A stretch of 64,000 nt of DNA from the human T2T-CHM13v2.0 reference genome, Homo sapiens, in the NCBI RefSeq assembly GCF_009914755.1, contig NC_060939.1, one strand, 5' to 3'. Shown in pieces: positions 1-11,640 of the stretch (position 1 is the stretch's first letter; the number at the start of each line of letters is the position of its first letter). Both the position numbers and the translations under genes were made by a program. The notes beneath the pieces were generated by a model. The model worked only from the letters and a program-made list of their open reading frames with translations, did no database searches and had not been told where the DNA came from.

Positions 1-146
1 TATACTTAAGGAGGTCTGGTAAAAGACTTTATCGGACACATATTAATAATAGCAGAGGGTTTTTTCCCCCCTTAATATGGGGAAGTACAAAAGGCACCAA
101 AATTGTGGTTTGGAAAACATACAACACTTAGAAGTAAATGATTTTA

Positions 147-456
147 GGCCAGGTGCAGTGGCTCACACTTGTGATCCCAGCACTTTGGGAGGCTAAGGTG
201 GGCAGATCACTTGAGGCCAGGAGTTCAAGATCAGCCTGGCCAACATGGGGAAACTCCATCTCTACTAAAAATACAAAAATCAGCTGGGCATGATGGCATG
301 CGGCTATAATCCCAGCAACTTGGGAGGCTGAGGCGCAAGAATTACTTGAACCCAGGAAGCAGAGGTTGCAGTGAGCTGAGATTGTGCCACTGCACTCCAT
401 CCAGCCTGGGAGACAGAGTGAGACTGTGTCTTAGAAAAAAAAAGAAAAAGAAAAAA
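147..456 (+). mobile_element. Full-length Alu (AluS-like)
   Basis: GGCCAGGTGCAGTGGCTCAC start, two arms with A-rich linker, A tail; target-site duplication aaatgatttta at 136-146 and 459-469. Confidence 0.95.
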
Positions 457-1124
457 GCAAATGATTTTATAACAACTCCTTTTATAATATACAACTAGTG
501 TATGGGACTATTAACTTTCTCCTGACCTTAAAAAGGCAAATTGAGAGTAAAACACCTTCGTGTTTTACTTAGCTTGTGTTGTTTGGCACAAAATATATTC
601 GGGTGGTCCAAGGTTCTGTGTACAGATTGTATTTGAAACAGCAGTTATATTTAAATACAGGAACTCAAATTGGTTAGTTATTCTGGTCAACTTTTTATTC
701 AAATTGTGACACACAGCAAAACGTGGAGACTACAACCTGAAAGGTAACACAAAGGGTTTTTAATAAGAACGGAGATGTAAGGTAGATCCAAAGGGAGGTA
801 ACCTTGGTCAAAGTTAGTGGCTTCAACTTTCAGAGAGTGAACAGAGAAGCCATGTTGTTGATCAGATGAGTTAACTGTGGAGACTGAATTAGCATTGATG
901 ATTCAGCTTTGAACAGTCACATCTTTGTGGGCTCAGAACTAAGTGCTCAGGGCTAGGAGAAAATCTTACCCTATGGCATAAAGACAAAAATTATAAAAAG
1001 GAAGAAATCCAGTATACATGGGATTAATTTCTTTTTTCATCCTTTAGTCTTATTACAGTGTGTGTACTCTATGCTCTATAAGCTAGAAAAAAATAAGACA
1101 TTGATAATAATACAGAGCTGTGGA

Positions 1125-1144
1125 GCTCTCTCTCTCTCTCTCTC
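1125..1144 (+). repeat. (CT)n microsatellite
   Basis: about 10 CT units. Confidence 0.85.
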
Positions 1145-2787
1145 AGATCCTTAAGCCAGAATGCTAAAGTCAGAACAAACCATCCATATCATCAGCACTT
1201 TCAAATTAATAGAACAACCAATTTATTGATAGGATACTATTTCACTGGTTGCCAATGGTTGCCAAACCTGGTTTCATCTATGAGGTCACAGCATTATCTA
1301 TTGGCCATACTTAATGTTGGGACGCTGTGGCCTGGGTCAGCAGGAGCCTAGAGGCATGAAGAGTGAATCTTAGTGTGCTCTGTGTATCATCAAGAAGATT
1401 ATGTATTCTCCTAGGTCTGCTCACAAAGGGGCTTTCATATCTCTTTCTATTATTTTTTTTTGGAAGCCTAATTCCAAATATTCCAGCAATCATTCTCTTC
1501 CCTTTTCTTTTTTACTTGTACAGTGCTAAATTTGCACAATTTGGCACTTTGTTTTATGCTATTTTACACTGTAGAATATTTCTATGTGTTAATCCTGTCT
1601 TCTCATATAAGTTCCTCCTAGCACAGGGCTCAAAAGTACAGAAACCACCTTCCTCCTTCAAATTTGAAACACCCAACTGTTTTCTCTTGCTGGGAAGACA
1701 GGTTTGCACAATATTAAGAGCCATTGATGTGAAGGTCATAGAGAATGTAGGTAAACAACCAAGGGCTTGAAGTTCTTTTAAGCCTGGAGAAAATGCACAT
1801 CTTGCCAAGGACTTAATACAAGGCTTTCTTCCATAACACGTTTACCAAAGCTGTCCACTAGGGGCACACAGAGAAGAGGCACCATAGGACTTTATTCTGC
1901 TTTCCTCTACCTTGAATAGCTTGACCCTCTACACTTCTGCATCTGAAACTATGCCCAGAAGCTCTAAGTGCAGCATTTTAGCAGATTTTCTGGACCTGCT
2001 TTGAGTATGAGGTTCTTTAAGAAGTCTGGTTCCAACTCAGATCCTGGACCAAGTGCAGTAATCACTGATCCCTACATAAGACAGGAGACACTAAGCACAA
2101 ATTTGTCTCCAGTAACTTTTCTTAGGACCCCAATTCTCAACAGCAAAAATAAAAATCCTCATTTTTGCTTCGATACCTGGGGCAATGAGATTATTTCAAA
2201 ATGGTTTACCAAACTAAAAAAATGGTTCTTGGTTGTTTATTTATTCTGCTTAATCCTGTTTCCCTTCTTGCTTATGTAACTTGATAAAGCCGAAATAAAT
2301 TATCCTTAAAAAAAATTTCTGTGTCTTAAGATGCCTAGAGGAAATTATGAGGAAGAGATCATTGCAAATAACAGTCTACACTATTCTGTCCAGGTAAAGA
2401 TGTAAGAGGTGGCAAATAACAGCCACCAAGAAGCCTAACCACCATTATTCCCTAACTGGAAAGAAGAGGTAGAACTCAGCTTCTTGAGAACAATGCCCAC
2501 ATCTGTTGGAAGACCAATAGGCAGTTTGGATTATTTATTTGCTACATAGCTTTTGACTCCTTTGAGAAGACCTCAAATACCCTTTCTGAAATAACAATAG
2601 TCTTCTGGGCATAAACTGTAGCTCTTTGGATGGCTGGATTTAAGAAGGAGTTTCAGTCAGGTTTCCCAAACCAAAATTCAAGGTACTTTAAGTGGGGAGA
2701 ATCAGTAAAGAAAGGTAGTACCTCTAAACAACATAAGGAGGAGAAAAGGCACGTGAAGAACATGATCTAGGGTTTTATAGCACGAAC

Positions 2788-2910
2788 CTTTGCAATAACG
2801 TCCATCTGATGCCAGCTGGAATCCAGGTTTGCAAATACATTTAAAACTGCCATCTTCATTGATACACATTCCATTAAGGCACATGTTCCTTATGCTGCAT
2901 TCATCCATAT
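2788..2910 (-). CDS. FBN1: FBN1 exon 15 (123 nt), cbEGF5
   Basis: tttcag|ATATGGATG...TGCAAAG|gttcgt; (D)[40 protein letters not shown]. Confidence 0.98.
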
Positions 2911-3614
2911 CTGAAAATACAAAACATACATTTTCTTATGACCAGAAGAGTAAGCTTACGAAGGAAACCAATCTGGATGAAAATAATTCTGTTTCTTCGT
3001 ATTTCTTTCTTTTTGTTATTACAGCCTAAGGCTAACTTTCATCCAAATAAGATCATCTAAGGAAGGAGAAGATGGGACATATGAAATACATATCTCAAGT
3101 TCTTGAGTTTTGGCATGTGCATGCAAACTCTAGGGCTAGATGTATAGGTATATCTATTTATAAAATTTGACTCCATAGAAGTTATCAGGATCCTTTTTAG
3201 GAATAATAGTTTACAAACTGAAAAATGTGCTAATAGCCTAGTGGGTATATTTATTTCACAGATTCATATTACTTCTAATGCTCTGAATATGAACATAAGT
3301 CAAAACTAAGATTAGTGGAATTTGAAATGTATTTAGGCTACATCCTAATTCTTTTAAAGATGAAAACCAGAAGATAACTTGTAGTTTGAAGCAATTTTAA
3401 ATAGGGGCAGGTAAAAAGTGGACTTTTAGAATACATGGCTCAACTATGGATTATAGCTGTGGCAGTGAACCTTTAAGATCCCTTAAACATTGGGGATGGT
3501 TCTTTAAATTCATCACTATGTTATTTTATTTGATATTAAAGCTGTCTTGGGAGGCACTTGCTCTTTTAGACACAGTGTTTTCACTTACAGGCTTTAGAAA
3601 GACCAAAGTGATTT

Positions 3615-3852
3615 ATTATATATACATATTTTAGATATATATAATATATATATTAGACATATATAATGTATTTTAAATATATATTATTTATATTTTAGAT
3701 ATATATTATTTATATTTAAATATGTATTTTATGAATATTATCTATTACATATTCAGAAATACATATATACATAATATATATACACATATTACATATATAG
3801 AAAATATACATAACATGTATTTTTACATTATATCTATTTTAGATATATATTT
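3615..3852. repeat. Degenerate (TA)n, AT-rich low-complexity tract
   Basis: Interrupted TATA/TACA/TTTTAGATATAT motifs. Confidence 0.8.
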
Positions 3853-4249
3853 CAGATACTGATTAGTAGCATTTTATTACTAGGCAGACACTTTAAACAA
3901 AAAGATTATAAACGGCTAGATAATACACAGACTTAGGTGTGTCCTATTTTTAAAAAATGTACAAATTCTGATTGTAAAAAATTAGAAAGTATGAAATTGT
4001 GCCACAGAAGTTTCATCACACCAGGGATCTTTAAATGGCAAGCTCTCCTAGCATATTAAAATGTTATTTGATTCACACAAATGTAAATTAAGAAATGAAT
4101 ATCATGGAAAATTAGGCTTCCTTTTGAGATAAAATATATAAAACATATTTGATACTTTGACATTTCACTCATTATTTGGTCTTGTTAAAGACCCCTGATA
4201 TTGAAACTGCAATGGAAGGAGAGGACTAACATTAGTATACTATTATTAC

Positions 4250-4375
4250 CTTCACAGTTCTTCCCATCTCGTGTAACATGAAAGCCCGCATTACACACGC
4301 AATGAAAACTGCCATCTGTGTTGATGCAGCGTCCATTATTGCAGATCCGGCCATTCTGTAAACACTCATCAATGT
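4250..4375 (-). CDS. FBN1: FBN1 exon 14 (126 nt), cbEGF4
   Basis: ttttag|ACATTGATG...TGTGAAG|gtaata; (D)[41 protein letters not shown]. Confidence 0.98.
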
Positions 4376-6536
4376 CTAAAATCAAAGTTTAAAAAGAAGA
4401 AATAGCTTTATTTAGGGGAGTTAAAATTATTTTATTTCCCCCTCCCTCCATTTGCAAACTCATGATCTTGGCTTTTGGTTTTAATTACTTAATAATATTC
4501 TCCAACATAAATTGGTTATCAAATAATGTGATATTTAGGGTTATCAGAGTTGAAAAGACATGATAAAAAACCTGTATAATGGCATTAGATGTAACTCTAA
4601 TTTCTAATAAGACTCCTTAAATCCGAAGTCTGTAAACAAAATAGATTCTTCTTCACCATTTTCCAAGCACATCTATTTAACCAGTATAAATCACTATTTA
4701 TACTGAAATTTGGCTGGCATCTTTAAACATATAATTTTAAAAGACATATTTTATAGCTATCTCAGAACAATACAACATATGCTATTTTTTTAAACAATCA
4801 CCTTAATTCTGCCTGAAAACCGTCAATCACATCTCTAAAATGTCCATCTTCCTTATACCAATTCTGGTTTACGTGCAGGGTTACTGCTGATAGATTCTTA
4901 GTCTTTTAAAAAACAACTTTATGAGTATTCTACCAACCAAATAAAATATTGATTCTATGAGGGTATTTTTCCTTTTTTTCTATTGTGGTTAATATTATGC
5001 CAAGGTACACAACAGAGCTTGACACGGAAGTGTTAAAATAACAATAACTGAAACAACCTGTATCTGATTTCTCCCTTAAATATTAACAATCTACCCAAAG
5101 TGGATAGCATGGTTCCCTGGATTATCTGTTTCTCTCAGTTTCTAGAAGCTACAAACCTGGATAAACATCAAAGAGGATGAACACAAACCTCTTTGTCTAC
5201 ACAGGCACACAATCACTTCCAGGGCTTATTCCCAGAAGACAGGGACCAAGAAACTATGTGGAGTTGGATGCGAGCATTCCTATCTATGCAGAGTTGAGGT
5301 CACATTTGTCTGAGTATAAGTGCCCTAAATATCCCCTGAACAATGAGCACGTGCGTTCATGGCATGTCAGTTACTCTGACTGTTTACCCTGTGTCTGTGT
5401 GGTGTCTTGTGGTTGGCCCTCAGATGCACTTTCTTTCTGGGCAGATCCTGCAGTGGTTTCCACACAAGTCATTGGACGAGCTGAGGCAGTCTGGGCTTTT
5501 CTTCTGTCTGATCTTTGTGCCAACAACCTACGATCTTTTTCTCTCTCGTTTATTTCTTAATCCTTGCTAAAAATCAGACTTGCTCCACACTCAAAAAAAA
5601 ATGGTAAAAACCACATATTCTTGAGCAGACTTTTTTTTTTTAAGGATCCCATAATTTTTTGAGGCCCAAGGTTAAAATAAACAGGATAAAAAGTTCATAT
5701 TTTTCTCTCTTCCTCAATTTCAGAATGTCATGGGGTTCCCCATTGCCCTATAAGACAAATTTAAAGCTTGTCATTCAAAGTTCTCCTCTACTGTGTTTCT
5801 GCCCATCCTTCTATCCCCTTCTACTCGGCCCCTCACTTACTTCCCAGTTATGTGCACAGCCTTTTGGACCATTCTGTGGCAACTTTCATCAGCAAAATAA
5901 TGTGAGCACGTTCTCAACTTCTTATTTTCAGGATAACCTTAGTGCTAGCTCTTAAAGAAGGCAGTGCTTTAAGTATTCAGGTCATCCTCAGTCTCCAATA
6001 CTAAGTCTCAGATTGATAACAACCACATACATGAGTTTATACTGGCTGGTCCTTGCCCCAGCTGAGTGCTCTCAATAACCACCTCTCTTTGCTTATTTAA
6101 CAGTGCAGTCTCTGGACATTGATTTCATTTTATTTTCTGTTATTGCAAAATGCCTAGTATGCTATTTGTACATGTTAATTATATTAAACAATAGTCATAA
6201 TATTAAGAAGGTTCTCAACTCAGTTACGTGTTCAACCTATCCATATTTATAACTAATTAATAGAAATGTTAGTGAGTTCAAAGTCCTTGCTCCAGTTTTT
6301 TTCTGCTTAAAATGGTCATTTATATGTAGTGCACTAAAATACACTGGTGGCAAGAAATCTCTACGTGAGAACAAAATTCATAAATTTTGAAGCCAGTTCA
6401 CTGATAAAAATTAAAACTTCTATATGTCTTCAACTCATGAAGAGCTTTTGCTAAAAGAGGCAAATAAGATTAACTCTTGTCAATGGCTACCAATTTTCTA
6501 AAGTGATATAAACCTCGCTATCTTTTACTTAACTTT

Positions 6537-6938
6537 TAAAAAACTTTTAAGTTTAGGGATACATGTGCAGGTTTGTTAAATAGGTAAACTTCTGTCATGG
6601 GGGTTTGTTGTACAGATTATTTCATTACCCAGGTATTAAGCCTACTACCCATTGGTTATTTTTCCTGATCCTCTCCCTCCTCCAACCCTCCACCCTCCAA
6701 TAGGCCCCGGTGTGTGTTGGTCCCTTCTATGTGTCCATGTGTCACCATTTAGCTCCCACTTAAAAGTGAGAACATGCAGTATTTGGTTTTCTGTTCCTAT
6801 GTTAGTTTACTAATTATAATGACCTCCGGCTCCATCCATGTCCCTGCAACGGACATGATCTCATTCTTTTTTATGGCTGCATAATATTCCATGGTGTACA
6901 TGTACTACATTTTCTTTATCCAGTCTATCATTGATGGG
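6537..6938 (-). mobile_element. 5'-truncated L1PA (older primate L1) 3' end
   Basis: Reverse complement of L1PA 3'UTR (gtgcaggtttgtta..., gagaacatgcagtatttggttttctg, gtctatcattgatggg); near-perfect flanking duplication cttttacttaacttt / cttttatttaacttt. Confidence 0.88.
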
Positions 6939-7200
6939 CCCTTTTATTTAACTTTAACAGAGTATTTGCCTGTTTTTTTTTTCTGTCTTTACTGAATTAA
7001 TGATACAGTTCATTTTGTGCTTAATTTAGAGATAGAGATGGAGATAGATGTTTGGGCTCCCTGACAGTGATCATTGTATCTTATTTATTTCTGTTTTAGA
7101 AACTCAGTACATAAGAGTCATTTAATAAAAGGCATATTGGGTGGCTTAATAAATTAGTTAATAAACCTGATGGGAAATTTTTTATGAGGGGACATTTATA

Positions 7201-7356
7201 GCAGTGCTTCTCAAACTTCAATGTACATACAGATTGCTGGGGGATCTTGTTAAAATATAGATTCTGCAATAGTATGTCTGTGGTGGAACCTGAGATTCTG
7301 CCTTTCCAAGCAGCTCTAGGAGATGCTGTTGCTGACCACACTAAAAAGCAGCAAGG
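7201..7356. mobile_element. MER5-family (hAT-Charlie) DNA transposon relic
   Basis: cagtgcttctcaaactt...gggatcttgttaaaat...gattctg...aagcagctctaggagatgctg. Confidence 0.7.
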
Positions 7357-7754
7357 GCTTAGAGTGACATCCCTATCTTTTAGAACTTTCCATTAAGAAA
7401 TTAATTGCACATAATTTCAACTGAAATTTTCCTCAGTTGCTGTGTCATAAAGGACAATTCCACTCTCTACTTCTCAGATGAAAACTTAAGAGGCAATAAT
7501 AGTGACGAGACAACAATACTGAAAATAAGATTTTCCTTCAGGCATAGACGCATCTTATAAAATAACTTCAATGCTTGCCAGATTTTATGACACTGTCTTT
7601 CAGAATGACAATAGGTGGAACTAAGTTCAAAAAAGCCACGGGACTGTATTAGTCTCTTCCGGCATGGGTTATTTAAACTCCATGGAACTCCTTTGAAGCC
7701 AACCCCCAGTTAGCATATATGTCCCACATTCCACGTCAGGAGCCAGGACCATAC

Positions 7755-7874
7755 CTCGGCATTCTGTCCGCGTGAGTGTGCTCTGATATCCAGCTCGGCA
7801 CTGACAGGTGTACGAACCCTGGTTGTTAATACACTCACCACCAGCACAGGGGTTTTTCTCACATTCATCAACAT
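7755..7874 (-). CDS. FBN1: FBN1 exon 13 (120 nt), cbEGF3
   Basis: ttgcag|ATGTTGATG...TGCCGAG|gtatgg; (D)VDECEKNPCAGGECINNQGSYTCQCRAGYQSTLTRTECR. Confidence 0.98.
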
Positions 7875-9033
7875 CTGCAAAGCACAATGTATTTTAGTGC
7901 AAAATTACATAGCAATACCTCATAATTCTAAGACTTTCTGGGTTCCTTTTATACATATAAAACATTTTCCTTTTGAGAAATAAATAACATAATAAAAGGA
8001 TCTTTTTTCTTTCCACTACAATATGTCATTAGCCATTTGAAGACTGGTTGAGCAGTTAAAGTGTATTATTTTCATGTGTCATTTTGCAGAGAAAAATTCC
8101 AAACATGTAGCAACTCAACAATCTGATCTAATAAACATTTTTTCTTCCTTGAGTCTGATCTAAGAGGACCAAACAGACTAACATTTCAGAAGTGGCTTCT
8201 GGATAGGATTCCGAGTATCTCTTGAAGCTCTGTTTTTTTCCAATAAAAAGAAGGTCTAACCATATCCAAGCATTCCCTGCTGAGTTCCACTAAAATGTTA
8301 GAACAAAACATGAAGCAACTGTTGTTTAAAGGGCAGTTCTCAATCACCACAGAGTCTCCCCCATCCCCAGATGTGTTCAATACACAGGCTCACACTAGTT
8401 TTACAGTCACTTAGAATTATCAGTACATTTAGAGATAAACTGGTTTATATGACCCTACTTGTAAACAAGAGGAAGCTAAAATTTAGCAAAGATAACCCAC
8501 TTGTCCACATGCTTCTTAGTGCCAGATACAGATTTGACCTCACATTCCGCAACCCTGAGTTAGATGTTCCCACTTCTACTCAGCTCTGGATGACCTCTAG
8601 AAGGGGTGTTCATATCATCAGGAAATTAAATAGTTTGGGAAAGTAAGAACTCATCATTTCTGACAAATCATAAATTTATAATTATAAAAGTAGAATTCAT
8701 AACAGAACTAAGAGGTGAACTTATTTTAAAAACAAGTTGATAGGAGCTGAGTGTTCTTATCCAATCCAAAAATTGATTATTCTTTCATTACATTTCCTCC
8801 CTTCACCAGCTTAAATGCCTCATCAGCAATTTAAACTTTCTTTCTTCCATTTAAAATAACTAGTCTAAGAGAGTTGGTAAGCTACACATTTAGACTAGTA
8901 TAATGTGCAAAATTCCATAATTTGGGGATATTTTTAACGCTTTCTTTTAATGGTAGGGCTTTTGGTAGGGTGTCTTAAATTGGAGTTACCAGAAATGATT
9001 TGAGTATCTTTTACAATGAAAGTTAAAAGTAAC

Positions 9034-9536
9034 TTTAATAGGCAGAATAATGACCTCCCAAATATGCTCATGTCTTAATTCCCAGAACCTATGGATATGT
9101 TTAGCTAGCAAAGGAGAATTAAAGTTGTAGATGGAATTAAGGTAGCTAATCAGTGATCTTGAGATGGAGAGTCTCCTGGATTATACAGGTGGCCAAATGC
9201 AGTCACAAATATCCTTAAATGTGGAAGAGGGAATTGCAAGAGAGAGCCAGAGAGAGACAAAGAGATTTGAAGATGCAACACTGCTGGCTTTGAAAATGGA
9301 GGAAGGGGTCATGAGCTAAGGACACAGGCAGCTGCTAGTAGCTGAAAAAGGCAAAGAGATGGATTCCTCCCAAGAGCCACCAAAAGGAAGACAGCCCTCC
9401 CAACACCTGGATGTTAGCCCAGTAAGACTTCTGTTGGACTACTAACCTACAGAGCTGAAAGATAATTTAAATTTGTATTGTATTAAGCCACCAAGTTTGG
9501 GGTAAGTTGTTACAGCAGCAATAGAAAACCAGTAGA
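9034..9536 (+). mobile_element. MaLR solo LTR (MLT1D-like), about 500 bp
   Basis: ggcagaataatgacctccc...gctggctttgaaaatggaggaagggg...aagccaccaagtttggggtaagttgttacagcagcaatagaaaac match MLT1 termini. Confidence 0.8.
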
Positions 9537-9592
9537 GTCAAGGAACAGAATTACAACAGACCCTTGGTGCCAACCTAGGATGGATCACGTAC

Positions 9593-9733
9593 CAATACAC
9601 TCCCCACGGAGGTCCAGCTGGAACCCTTTGTTGCACTCACACCGGTAACTCCCAGGAGTTGGAATGCAGCGTCCATTTTGACAGAGATAGCGGACCAACT
9701 GGCAGTAATCAGTAACGTTTACTGGCAGCACCC
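9593..9733 (-). CDS. FBN1: FBN1 exon 12 (141 nt), EGF4 (non-calcium-binding), N-glycosylation sequon NVT
   Basis: ttctag|GGGTGCTG...TGTATTG|gtacgt; (R)VLPVNVTDYCQLVRYLCQNGRCIPTPGSYRCECNKGFQLDLRGECI. Confidence 0.98.
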
Positions 9734-10388
9734 CTAGAAGAACATTAAGCCCCATTAAAATTATTTTAACTATGGTATCTTTCATCAGTACTTAATCTGA
9801 CAATAATGAACAAGATGTTGAATCAGAAAGGAAAGAGGATACTCTTTGGGCAAAGGTCGTCTGGTGACAACAGAGCATATTTCCACCCTGCCAACAGAGA
9901 TCACATTGCACTGTGAGCACTGGGGAGCTCACAACCCAGCTGCAGCCTGCTTTTCTCTGCCCTCTTCACCACCTCACTCTCAAACCTCTAGTTTGCAGAA
10001 ATAACAAAGGCAGAGAGATATTGGTATTGAACTACTTATAAAACTGCCTTGCAAGCTCTGTAACCTAAAGTCTAATATTATACCTCCTCTATTAATCCTT
10101 TCTGTGAATCAGATTTAACTATCGCCCATAACTCTCCCATAGTTGCCTGAAAACACCAATAACAAAAGGACATTAATCTCTGGAGAATAGGAAGCCTCCC
10201 GTTTTTCTCTATGCAATAGGAAAATTGAGACATACATATGATATAGATATAGATAACATTATGTAAACCAAAAATTAATATAACAATTTACAAACTTATT
10301 TAATGACTAAAGTAGCATAAATAAATAATAAAAAAATGTTAACTTGAACAATGCAAGAAAAATAACTAGATGATTTTTGAATTCTTAC

Positions 10389-10568
10389 TTGGTGGCTCCC
10401 GAGATGGATACAGATATTCCACTGGTGGTCGAGGGACCGGAATTTGAGGTCCAGGAGGAAAGCCAGGAGGAACAGGGAGAACTGGAGGAATGGGGCCAAG
10501 GGGTGGGGGAGGATATTCTGGTCTCCCAGGAATTACCATAGGAACAGAGCACAGCTTGTTGAAATCCT
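10389..10568 (-). CDS. FBN1: FBN1 exon 11 (180 nt), end of TB1 plus proline-rich region
   Basis: ttctag|AGGATTTC...CCACCAA|gtaaga; (E)DFNKLCSVPMVIPGRPEYPPPPLGPIPPVLPVPPGFPPGPQIPVPRPPVEYLYPSREPP; the Pro-rich hinge distinguishes FBN1 from FBN2 (Gly-rich) and FBN3 (Pro/Gly-rich). Confidence 0.98.
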
Positions 10569-10949
10569 CTAGAAAAACACAACAAAACAAAACACAACAG
10601 CTGAGCTGTAGCTTATGATCATAGGCCCACAGAAGTCATCCTTATTTTTTTAAAGATATTTTTGAATAAAATTGATCCTCAAAATTCACAGGTCAACTGG
10701 AGAAAAGAAAAAGAACCAACTGACTGGATTCCCATTTTTAATACCTGCAGCAGCAACCACTCTGGAACAATAATTCAAATCCAAAACCATGTTCCTCCCA
10801 AAACCTCAGAGTCTTTATCTGTATCAAAATTCACCTCATGGAAAACATAAAAGTACTACTTTCTCCATCCAGTCCCACCTGTGGATTCCACAGGGCTCTA
10901 CAGAATACATTAAAAAATTTGAATTTTATTTTATGCGCAGTGCAAAACC

Positions 10950-11640
10950 ACTGGATGTCTTCAACGGGGGTGGGACATGATCAGATGACCATTTTCAGAA
11001 GATCATGCTTACAATTACAACATATGAAGAACATTACTGCGGGGAGGCAAGGCTGTTGCAGAAGACCAAGGGGGAGATGATGATGTCCGGATGGGGGAGT
11101 CAGTGATTGAATCGGACAGAAGTGGACAAATCTGAAGCACATTTTAGAGATAAATGTGTAGTGTTCAGTGAAGTAGATTTTTGAGATAAATGTATAGTGC
11201 TCAGTGAAGTAGTAAGTGTCAGAGCTCAGGACACAAGAAGTCAAGAATGACTCCTAGTTTTCTGGTTGAGCAATTGGGTGAATGTTGGTGCCCTTGCCTG
11301 GACGGGAAAAATCATGGTGATAGCAGATTTGGTGGGTAGAAACCAAGTTCCATTTTGAACATAGGAGTTTTGAGATATCAGACATCCAAGTGGAGCTATC
11401 ACTTCGCAGTTGTAAAAGACAGTGTGAAGCTTAGACGAATCAAGGCTAGACGTGAGTTTCAGAGTCATCAGTACAGAGAGGTGATACTCAAAGCCATGGG
11501 GATGGATGAGCTCATGTAAGAGTGGTGTGGAAGGGGAAGAGAAGGGAGTGCAAAGACAGAACCCTGAAGAATACTGATTCGTAAAAGAAAGCAATATCAA
11601 TGGAGAAGTGGCCCATAAGGGAGGAGAAACACCAAGGGGT
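10950..11640 (-). mobile_element. L2 LINE fragment
   Basis: gtcaagaatgactcctagttttctgg, gacatccaagtggag, gggatggatgagctc resemble antisense L2; boundaries approximate. Confidence 0.6.

Noticed and set aside
128-400. 90-aa ORF (likewise 40014-40235 and 46389-46595)
   Set aside because: Antisense Alu translations, a common artefact
1854-1867. CTCF-like ccactaggggcac
   Set aside because: One G short in the core, which breaks the spacing
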